Shown piece after piece: positions 56,601 to 64,000 of a stretch of DNA of 64,000 bases. Under the pieces are notes generated by a model. The model was not told the origin of the DNA. It was given only the letters and a program-made list of their open reading frames with translations, and ran no database searches. The stretch comes from an uncultured virus (IMG/VR IMGVR_UViG_3300003937_000141) (taxonomy: Duplodnaviria > Heunggongvirae > Uroviricota > Caudoviricetes). The position numbers and the translations under genes are program-made. Location: the IMG/VR virus record IMGVR_UViG_3300003937_000141. One strand, 5' to 3'. The first letter of the stretch is position 1, and the number at the start of each line of letters is the position of its first letter.

Positions 56601-59600
56601 GATATGAGTTAAGAGATAGTTTAGATTTCAGACCAAGAGTTGATGACGCTTCAACAATAGACGCTGGTGTACAAGATAGATCATTTGACGGATCAGGTGC
56701 TTCTGTAGTACAACCTATTAAATTTAGTTCAGACGTAAGGTCAGATTTTGAATATTATTTAGGAAGAGTTGATAAAGTATTTTTAGATAAAGATGGTAAT
56801 ATGAAAATATTAAAAGGCGCTAGTTCAGTTGCGCCAAGAATACCAGGTACATTAGATAATGCTATGCACCTATACACTTTATTTTTACCTGCATACACAT
56901 TAGATACTTCTGAAGTTGGTATAGAACACGTAGATAATAAACGATATACAATGAGAGATATTGGTAGAATAGAAAATAGAATTGAAACTGCTGAATATTA
57001 TACACAACTTTCATTATTAGAAACAGCTGCACAAACTTTACAAATACAAGACTCAAATGGTTTAGATAGATTTAAAAATGGTTTTGTAGTAGATAACTTT
57101 ACAGGCCATAATATTGGTGATGTAGGTAATGGAGATTACAAAGTTGCTATAGATTATGCAAATGGAGAAATGAGACCAACATTCCACGAAGACGCTGTAC
57201 AATTAATTGAAAGAGATGAAGATGGTACTGCTCTAGTAGCTGCTGATAGAACAGACGCTAATTATCAAAAAACTGGAGACTTAATTACTTTACCTTATAC
57301 TGAATCAACTTTAATAGACCAACCTTATGCAAGTAAGGCTATCAATGTAAATCCATTTGGAGTATTTACATGGATAGGTTCAATAGACTTAACACCTCCA
57401 GGTGATGAATGGAAAGAAACAGAAAGAGCACCAGAATTAGTTATAAACAATCCTAATGGAAGTTGGGATAACTTAACAAAAAATACTGGTAACTCTAGTA
57501 CACTATCAGAATTCCCTATGTCAACAGTTTGGAACTCTTGGCAAGATACTTGGACAGGTAAGGCTGTTGAAACAGAAAGAAAAAGTGTAGGCACATATGA
57601 GAAAAGAGGAGGCCACGGTTGGAGAGTTATGGCCAAAGAAGAAATTACAACTGCTCAACAAGTTTCACAAACAAGAACAGGTATAAGAGCTGTTGCAATT
57701 CCTCAAACAGTAAGAACATCTATTGGAGATAGAGTTGTTTCAGTTGCATTTGTTCCATTTATTAGAAGTAGAACAATAACATTTAACGCAACAAGATTAA
57801 AACCAAATACAAGAGTTTATCCTTTCTTTGATAATGTTGATATATCTGCATATGTAACACCAGATGGTGGTTCATTAGGAGGCAATTTAGTTTCAGACAC
57901 AAATGGTAAAGTAGAAGGTACGTTTGCTATACCAGATCCAAAAGTAAATGCAAATCCTAGATGGAGAACAGGTCAAAGATTATTCAGATTAACAAGTTCA
58001 TCTACAAACAGTTTAACAAACGCTAATGTTGAAACAGCTGCAAACGTTGAATATGTTGCAAGAGGTTTATTAGAAACTGTAAGAGAAACTATACTTTCAA
58101 GTAGAGAAGCACGTGTAGAGATGAGAAGTGTTACTGAAAGTCAAACTATTACTAGAACATCTACAAGAACGGAAGAAAGACAAGTTGGATACCACGATCC
58201 TTTGGCACAAACTTTTTTAATTGATGACGCTGGTGGTGTATTCGTAACATCTATTGATTTATTCTTTAGTACAAAAGATAGTAACATTCCAGTTACAGTA
58301 CAAATAAGAGATGTTGTAAATGGTTATCCTGGACAAAAAATATTACCATTTTCAGAAGTTACAAAGAATCCAGGTGATGTTAGCGTAAGTACAGATGGTA
58401 CTACTGCAACTAAATTTACATTCCTAAGTCCTGTTTACATACAAGCAAACGTAGAGTATTGTTTTGTCATAATGGCAAACTCACAAGATTATAATGCTTA
58501 CGTAGCAAGAATAGGTGAAACATCATTAGATACAAATAGAACAATATCAGCACAACCTTACGCTGGTGTTTTATTTAAATCTCAAAATGGTATGACTTGG
58601 AGTGCTGAACAAAATGAAGATATGAAATTTAAATTAAGAAGAGCAGAATTTAGTCAAGTTACAGGTACAGTTACTTTAACAAATGATACTTTATCTACAA
58701 GAGCACTTAAAAACAATCCATTAAGAACAACAAGCGGTTCTAAAGTTATTAGAGTATTCCATCCTAACCATGGTATGCACGGTACAAGTAATAACGTAAC
58801 AATTGCTGGTGTGGAAAGTGGTACTCTTAATGGTATTGCTCATTCAGACATTAATGGAACATATACAAGTATTTCAAACGTAACTTTAGATAGTTATGAT
58901 ATAACTTCAGGAAGTTCATCAAACGCAAGTGCTAGTGGAGATGTTGGTAGTACTACTGTAACAGCAACACAAAACAGATTGTTTGATGTATTAAATTTAG
59001 GCGGTGTTCAAACAGTAACTTTACCAGATACAAATATAGACTATTACATAAGAACAGCTACAGGTAAATCTGTACACGGTTCTGAAACAGAATTTGCGTT
59101 AACAGCAAATGAAAGTAAACTTGCTGTAGTCAATAATGACAATATTGCTTTCCCAGCGCCTCAAATGGTTGCAAGTGAAATCAATGAAACAAATGAAAGT
59201 ATTACAGGCGGTAAATCTTTCTATACAATTTTAGAATTAACAACATCAAATACTAAATTATCTCCTGTTTTAGATACTCAAAGAATGAGTGCATTTACAA
59301 TTCAAAGTAGATTAAATAATCCTAGTTCAAGTAATACACCTGACTTTGTTGCTGATACAGTTAAATCAGGAACATCATCAGCTGCTGTTTATTTAACTAA
59401 ACCAATTATATTGGAAAATAATTCAAAAGCATTAGACATAAGATTAACTGCTAACATAAGATCAACATCCGAAGTAGAAATGTATTATAGAGTTTCAGGT
59501 ACAGACAACGATACTCAATTAGATGATTTAAGTTGGACAGCATTTAATACAGATGGAAGTTCAGACGCTACTGTAACACCTGCTGAAGATGATACAACAT

Positions 59601-59734
59601 TTAAAGAATACAAATATAGTGATAATGATATAAATGAATTTACATCATTCCAGCTAAAAATTGTAATGAAAGGAAGTAATTCTTCATATCCACCAGTATT
59701 GAGAGATATGAGAGGAATTGCTCTGGCAGTATAA
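53657..59734 (+). CDS. large VrlC-like (DUF4815) virion structural protein
   Basis: NVSPYYDDF, QARELTQSQ, APGAHR, RRTFDESG, RYTMRDIG, FKNGFVVDNF, DPLAQTF, LFKSQNG. Confidence 0.88.
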   Translation: MPSPTDFNVSPYYDDFTESKKFHRILFRPAFAVQARELTQSQTQIQNQIESLSDHLFDKGAMIIPGEIGYDLNYYAVKLTSKSASTLTDYVDTTLTGGTSGVTAKVVNAVVTDGTDPDTLFVKYMNTASDGSTISFTNGETLTSDGSGNPTVVVASTATGSAAQIKQGIYYINGYHVQVSAQTLILDKYSSTPSYRVGLTVTESFVTPGDDTTLNDNAQGVSNTNAPGAHRFKILLTLAKKALNSTEDSNFYELLRLSSGVLQNQVRTTDYAVLEDTLARRTFDESGDYVVRPFDIDVREHLISGTNRGIYTGGQGGDATKLAVGFSPGKAYVKGYEINTISTTYVDVDKARDYDTQGNFNTRFDVGNFVNVTNVYGSPDIVTASGVEAFKGLTLHNTATSSRGTANAGANSNITTIGRAKTRGFEYSSGTATGNIFSNASITSAVYKHHLFDVVLFTHLNITTAQAYSDGVTITGGTSGATGIVQESSTVESATITGATAANPVVVTATNKFKEGQQITITGVAGMTELNGNVYTVRNPTSSNFQLYDTDGTSSINGGSYSAWSSSSGVATHGVVILSNVQGIFQASESITDGSSASTIQANAVGLKGVTTHDISSVKQIAMAGSPTFTADTSLDATSGDNATLTGTLSIANSGTAVTGFNTRFTDELRVGDSISFTTDAGSSLTKIVEAIISNSSISLLAAVGGSDVSTKTIATRRRAKMQSPEKNVSIFKLPYENIKTLKTTANSNVSDTTYSFRKHSITTLTGDGIATFSAGVNETFADLSEGDYTISITSTGGGGTGAVGDVLSLTGNNHESSAIFALNGAKTTLTLDFGANYAGHDIKALVTLHKTVGTSKTKTLNAASTVAISTQATIVSGTIGLAKADVKQINNVYMAADFSTAADTSDTDISSRFELDTGQRDNFYDIGRIKLKTGELTPTGRLLVNFDYYSHSSGDYFDVDSYSAISYTDIPAYTSSNTGVRYELRDSLDFRPRVDDASTIDAGVQDRSFDGSGASVVQPIKFSSDVRSDFEYYLGRVDKVFLDKDGNMKILKGASSVAPRIPGTLDNAMHLYTLFLPAYTLDTSEVGIEHVDNKRYTMRDIGRIENRIETAEYYTQLSLLETAAQTLQIQDSNGLDRFKNGFVVDNFTGHNIGDVGNGDYKVAIDYANGEMRPTFHEDAVQLIERDEDGTALVAADRTDANYQKTGDLITLPYTESTLIDQPYASKAINVNPFGVFTWIGSIDLTPPGDEWKETERAPELVINNPNGSWDNLTKNTGNSSTLSEFPMSTVWNSWQDTWTGKAVETERKSVGTYEKRGGHGWRVMAKEEITTAQQVSQTRTGIRAVAIPQTVRTSIGDRVVSVAFVPFIRSRTITFNATRLKPNTRVYPFFDNVDISAYVTPDGGSLGGNLVSDTNGKVEGTFAIPDPKVNANPRWRTGQRLFRLTSSSTNSLTNANVETAANVEYVARGLLETVRETILSSREARVEMRSVTESQTITRTSTRTEERQVGYHDPLAQTFLIDDAGGVFVTSIDLFFSTKDSNIPVTVQIRDVVNGYPGQKILPFSEVTKNPGDVSVSTDGTTATKFTFLSPVYIQANVEYCFVIMANSQDYNAYVARIGETSLDTNRTISAQPYAGVLFKSQNGMTWSAEQNEDMKFKLRRAEFSQVTGTVTLTNDTLSTRALKNNPLRTTSGSKVIRVFHPNHGMHGTSNNVTIAGVESGTLNGIAHSDINGTYTSISNVTLDSYDITSGSSSNASASGDVGSTTVTATQNRLFDVLNLGGVQTVTLPDTNIDYYIRTATGKSVHGSETEFALTANESKLAVVNNDNIAFPAPQMVASEINETNESITGGKSFYTILELTTSNTKLSPVLDTQRMSAFTIQSRLNNPSSSNTPDFVADTVKSGTSSAAVYLTKPIILENNSKALDIRLTANIRSTSEVEMYYRVSGTDNDTQLDDLSWTAFNTDGSSDATVTPAEDDTTFKEYKYSDNDINEFTSFQLKIVMKGSNSSYPPVLRDMRGIALAV

Positions 59735-59958
59735 TGAGTATTAAAGTTAGAGTTGAAGGATTTACAGGACTTATAAGAGATACACATTCTAACGCAATCG
59801 TAAATGTAAACAAATCTGATTATGAATTGTATATGTTAAGACATAAAAGTAGAGAAAGACAAAGTGACGTGTTAAGAGATACAGTAAAAGAAATAAATAC
59901 TTTAAAACAAGAATTGAAAGAAATTAAAAAGTTATTACAAGGAGTAATTAAAAACTAA
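59734..59958 (+). CDS. conserved small hypothetical protein
   Basis: VEG..GLIRD..SNAIVN, C-terminal coiled coil. Confidence 0.8.
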   Translation: MSIKVRVEGFTGLIRDTHSNAIVNVNKSDYELYMLRHKSRERQSDVLRDTVKEINTLKQELKEIKKLLQGVIKN

Positions 59959-60791
59959 TGGCTGCAAGACAGATAACACAAACGCAAACACTAGAAGACT
60001 TTAGAACACAGTTTAATGCTCTATCGGCAACTGACTTTGGTGATATTGCTACACTTGACTCTGGTCTTTCTGCAACGTCTGTAATAGGCGCTGTAAATGA
60101 ATTATATGCAGCTATTGCTGGTGCATTATCATTTACACTTTCAGATGGTTCAAATACTCAAACTCTTGTAAATGGAAATACATTATTATTTAATGGTACA
60201 GCAAATCAAATTACAACAACAGTAGCAGCAACAGATAAAGTAACTGTAGCATTAACTGAAGATGTAACAATTGCTGGGGAATTTATTGCTTCAGGTACTG
60301 GTGCTCACAAATTAGGAACAATTCAAACGTATGGTAATACAATTTCATCAACAGACGCAACTACAGTTACAATAGATGACAATTTAACACTTTCTGCTGG
60401 TAAAACATTAGTAGCAGATATTATATCAAGTTCACAATCATATGTGTCTTTTGGTGCAAAAAATATATCAACTAGTGGGTACTTCTATACAGAAGCTGCA
60501 ACAGGTGGTATCATATTTGAAGGTGCAACAGCAGACGCACACGAAACAAACGTTAGAGTAGTAGATCCTACAGCAGATAGAACAATTACTCTACCTGATG
60601 AAACAGGTACTGTTATAACAACTGGCAGTTCTGCCGCTATAACAGGTGCAATGATAGCACTAAATACAGTTGCAGAAGCTAATATGGCAGATGACTCTAT
60701 TGGTCAGGATCAACTAAAAAGTGTAGTAACCTTACAGATTATAGACTCTGGAGGTACAGTAGTGAAGACAATGTACGCTGCTGGGGCATAG
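59958..60791 (+). CDS. virion fibre protein
   Basis: TLEDFRTQFN, IFEGATADAHET..VDPTADRTITLPDETGT. Confidence 0.75.
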   Translation: MAARQITQTQTLEDFRTQFNALSATDFGDIATLDSGLSATSVIGAVNELYAAIAGALSFTLSDGSNTQTLVNGNTLLFNGTANQITTTVAATDKVTVALTEDVTIAGEFIASGTGAHKLGTIQTYGNTISSTDATTVTIDDNLTLSAGKTLVADIISSSQSYVSFGAKNISTSGYFYTEAATGGIIFEGATADAHETNVRVVDPTADRTITLPDETGTVITTGSSAAITGAMIALNTVAEANMADDSIGQDQLKSVVTLQIIDSGGTVVKTMYAAGA

Positions 60792-60910
60792 ACTTAAAAG
60801 ATGTATAAATATATTATGGATATAGGTGAAAGAATTTATAAATATGTAAATAGAGAGGTACTTACTAATAATTATAATATGAATGAGTACCAGAAATTAA
60901 TGGAGACAAC

Positions 60911-61846
60911 ATGGCAGTAAGAAAACCTTTATATGTAGCAAGTAGCAACTTACGAGAGATGACAACCGCAATGGTTTTAGAAATCGTACAAGCTGCTGTC
61001 TATCAATATTCACTAAATCCTGGCGTTGCTTTAACTGTATCTGCAGGCGGTGGAAACATCGGAAGTATTTCAGATACAAGAAAACAAGCAGGTGCTCAAT
61101 CAACAAGTACAACTGCATTTCCAAGTGAGGGTACAACAGCTGAACCTAGTACGGTTACAGTAACTTACAATCACGTTGTATCAACGGATGCTAGTTTAAC
61201 ACCAACAGCTGACTCAGGCAAAACATGGCCTGTATATTACAATTCAAGTGGACAGATTCAAGCAATGAATTTAGCAGACGTAAAAGATACTTTTTTACAT
61301 CCTGCAATTGACTTATTAGCTTCAGGTTCAACAGGAACAGATCAAGCTGGAACTTATACAGTAAGTACTGGAACATCTTTAGCAGGTAGTACCAACATAA
61401 GTACAACAGCAATATATGCAGATACAAGAGCTGACACAGGTGCATATGCAGCTGGCAGTATTCCAGAAACACAAGATCAACCTACAACAATTACAAGTTA
61501 TTACCTACATAGAATAAATGGAAATGATAATTCATTTACTGAACCGTATTATTTGGATGGTTCAAACAATGTTAAAGAATATACAACCGCAGCTATTCAA
61601 TCATTATTACAAGAATGGATGAGAAAAACAGCGGCTGATTCTGGTGATGGTTATGCTTTGAGTTATACTCTAGGAACTACAGCAACTGGTAACACAAGAG
61701 GTTCTGGTATGGCTGATACAATTTTAAATGGTTCTGGTAATTATCAGACAAGATATGTAAATACAGATGACTATAGGGCGCAAGAGTTTCCTAATGGATC
61801 ATCTACAACAGCAAACACTTATTATTTAAGAATTATTAAATCGTAA
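60911..61846 (+). CDS. Thr/Ser-rich virion structural protein
   Basis: MAVRKPLY...YRAQEFPNG; late promoters at ~60804 and ~60837; GGAG RBS. Confidence 0.7.
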   Translation: MAVRKPLYVASSNLREMTTAMVLEIVQAAVYQYSLNPGVALTVSAGGGNIGSISDTRKQAGAQSTSTTAFPSEGTTAEPSTVTVTYNHVVSTDASLTPTADSGKTWPVYYNSSGQIQAMNLADVKDTFLHPAIDLLASGSTGTDQAGTYTVSTGTSLAGSTNISTTAIYADTRADTGAYAAGSIPETQDQPTTITSYYLHRINGNDNSFTEPYYLDGSNNVKEYTTAAIQSLLQEWMRKTAADSGDGYALSYTLGTTATGNTRGSGMADTILNGSGNYQTRYVNTDDYRAQEFPNGSSTTANTYYLRIIKS

Positions 61847-61880
61847 TATCATTCCTCCCGATATTGCTTTGTTATGAATT

Positions 61881-62630
61881 ATGAATATATTATTAACAGG
61901 TAGTGAAGGCTTTGTTGGCCAACATTTATTTAAATATTTAAAACCCAATCATAAAATAATTTGTTTAGACAAGTTAGCAGGTAATGATTTATTATCCTGT
62001 GACTTAAAATATTCCGTAGATTTAGTTATACATCTTGCTGGTTTATCTGGCGTAAGAGATAGTTTAGAAAGATCAACAGAATATTGGATACAAAATGTAA
62101 TCGCAGGTCAAAGACTTTTTGATTATTTCAAAGACACAAGAATCCTATACGCAAGTTCATCAACAGCACACGAGCCTTGGAAAAATCCATATGCAATGAG
62201 TAAATATAGTTTGGAGCGTATTGCTCCTGCTAATAGTCTTGGTATGAGATTTACAACCATATATGGTCCTAATGCTAGAGAAAGTATGTTAATACCTAGA
62301 ATATTAAGAAATGATGTGCCTTATATTAATACAAATCATAGTAGAGATTTTATACACGTGGAAGATGTTTGTTCGGCAATTTATTCTTTAATAACACACA
62401 ATGCTATTACAGCTTATCCAAATCATACAGGTGTCATAGATGTAGGTTCTGGTACGACAAACAATCTTATAAAGTTAATTGATTACTTCAAAATTGACTG
62501 TGAGCGTGTTATAGGAGATGAGTATGAAAGAATAGATAATCTTGCCGATACTGCTATACTAAATAGTACTGGCTGGTCACCAAAGATTAATTTATATGAC
62601 TATATTAAGGAGAATAAAAATGACAACTGA
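61881..62630 (+). CDS. NAD-dependent epimerase/dehydratase
   Basis: TGSEGFVG, HLAG, YASSS, PYAMSK, RFTTIYGP, RDFIHVED. Confidence 0.92.
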   Translation: MNILLTGSEGFVGQHLFKYLKPNHKIICLDKLAGNDLLSCDLKYSVDLVIHLAGLSGVRDSLERSTEYWIQNVIAGQRLFDYFKDTRILYASSSTAHEPWKNPYAMSKYSLERIAPANSLGMRFTTIYGPNARESMLIPRILRNDVPYINTNHSRDFIHVEDVCSAIYSLITHNAITAYPNHTGVIDVGSGTTNNLIKLIDYFKIDCERVIGDEYERIDNLADTAILNSTGWSPKINLYDYIKENKNDN

Positions 62631-63165
62631 AATTAGTGAAGCAAGTGCAATAACTGAAGAATATTTAAAAGATAATTTTTTAACAGCGTACTTCATTGAC
62701 AATGAAAGACAAAACATAGAGATACAAACTACAACTAGAGATAAGAAACAAGTTATAACAAATATTATACCTTTTGATGAAGAAGATGTAAAATTTAAAG
62801 CACTACAAAGTGTTATGAATGTGGATCAATTACACGAGTCTACATACCAAAAAGTTAAAAACGAAAGAAAATTGTTTGAAGAAACAGTTTTAAGAATCGC
62901 AAAAAAAGATGGTATTGTTATGGACTCTGCTAAGATTGATACAAAATTTTATCCAAAAGTAATTGACGCTCTTTTTAATGATGAGGAGAATGCAGATCAT
63001 CTCTTTGCATTGAAATTAGCTGTATTTGAATTAGAAAAAATTAAAGATTCACAAGAAGAAGATTTAAAAAAACAAATAAGACAATCTAAATCTAAAACAG
63101 AAATTATAGCAAAAGTTTGTGAGATTTTACTTCCTAAACGAGATATCCCTATTGGGGATATGTAA
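62620..63165 (+). CDS. hypothetical protein
   Basis: AAGGAG RBS before ATG 62620; LFALKLAVFE. Confidence 0.75.
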   Translation: MTTEISEASAITEEYLKDNFLTAYFIDNERQNIEIQTTTRDKKQVITNIIPFDEEDVKFKALQSVMNVDQLHESTYQKVKNERKLFEETVLRIAKKDGIVMDSAKIDTKFYPKVIDALFNDEENADHLFALKLAVFELEKIKDSQEEDLKKQIRQSKSKTEIIAKVCEILLPKRDIPIGDM

Positions 63166-63674
63166 GATCCGACTTTAAAAAATATTTAGAATACCAACCA
63201 GTCCATCCTACTTCCATTATGTGGTGCATTTGACCAAGCGTACACATACTAATTTGAGATGTAGTATCAAAGGTCGCCCTTTGAGATGGTTTATTATAGA
63301 TGTAATCCTTTATTGAAGGACATACTCTACCATAAGTTTTGTATTTTATATTTTTGTAATACCATTCATCACTACCTCTTGTATAAGTGTCTATAAAATG
63401 CTTGTCATTAGCTTTAAATGTATTCCAGATGTGTGATACATCACCTGTCCAAGATACAACAGACGAATTTAAAGGTGTATGATTAGGTTCTCTCCACCAA
63501 GTATCATCTAAAAGTGTAAAATCTTTTCTAATTAAGTTGGGTAATTTATCAAAGATAATAACATCCAAATCAAAGTATAAATTTTCACCATCTCTAAATC
63601 TATCATACATTTGAAATTTATTAAACCAATTACCATATAAGTCATCTTCAAAATCTACAACAAATAATCCGCAT
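63149..63674 (-). pseudogene. glycosyltransferase-like gene with N-terminal deletion/frameshift
   Basis: ATG 63674 gives MRIICCRF*; another frame continues FEDDLYGNWFNKFQMYDRF...LYFDLDVII (DxD), NSSVVSW, GSDEW. Confidence 0.6.
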
Positions 63675-64000
63675 TTATTTTTCTTCCTACTCCTGTGTAG
63701 TGTATAACTTTAAGTTTTTCGTTTACTTCTTTATCTAATATCATATAATCAGTATTAAACTTTTTCATATACATTTGATTGAGTTGTAGATTTTCTTTAA
63801 AGTCATCTGTATATTTTGCAATCCATTCCTTAGGTGTTGTTGTTAGTTTTGCTTTATGTTCTAATACTTTCAATTTAACGTAATTTTGTTCGCCGTAGTA
63901 TTTTTTATGTACAGTACCGTTATTATAAAAATGTAGTTGCCAGTATTCTGGATTAAGTGCGAAGTCATCCCAAACAAACTTCAAAGAACCTGATTTAAAT
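63655..64000 (-). CDS. glycosyltransferase-like protein, C-terminal part (begins beyond the window)
   Basis: YYGEQNYV and KVIHYTG motifs of GT8-like proteins. Confidence 0.65.
   Translation of the reverse strand, partial: FKSGSLKFVWDDFALNPEYWQLHFYNNGTVHKKYYGEQNYVKLKVLEHKAKLTTTPKEWIAKYTDDFKENLQLNQMYMKKFNTDYMILDKEVNEKLKVIHYTGVGRKINADYLL

Noticed and set aside
46414..61472. Numerous antisense and alternate-frame ORFs inside structural genes
   Set aside because: Shadows of strongly biased codon usage; no RBS or motifs, and fully overlapped by well-supported genes

Overview
A 64 kb segment of an AT-rich T4-like myovirus genome. It most resembles marine pelagimyophages; this is an inference from gene content, a circularly permuted alphaproteobacterial-type tmRNA and alphaproteobacterial-type LexA boxes. 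Order: (1) primase, nrdA/nrdB, a SET-domain gene and a RuvC-like nuclease; (2) an early/middle region of small genes behind sigma70-like promoters, with lipoproteins, glutaredoxin, SprT, a glucosaminidase, SufT/SufE/ferritin-like genes, an M15 peptidase, an exonuclease, tmRNA, gp33, gp59 and gp32; (3) an ApaLI-like endonuclease, then the tail/baseplate module gp4, gp2, tube-like, gp26/gp51, tape measure, gp48, gp53, hub and gp5; (4) an ~8 kb island (IscA, sulfotransferase-like, QueC-like, radical SAM, two stand-alone SPASM-like genes, nitroreductase, serine hydrolase, inverted early cassette); (5) PAAR, gp25, gp6, gp7, gp8, VrlC-like and fibre genes; (6) the start of a sugar-modification island. 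Highlights not visible in the ORF track: three GTTC-N7-GTTC SOS boxes at early promoters, a 45-aa metallothionein-like gene between nrdA and nrdB, a probable -1 frameshift fusing gp26 to gp51, a structured RNA enclosed by a perfect 24-bp inverted repeat, other candidate ncRNAs, a 2H phosphoesterase (Acb1-like candidate), and a dispersed Fe-S supply toolkit alongside a late modification operon. All calls are by eye; no searches were run.
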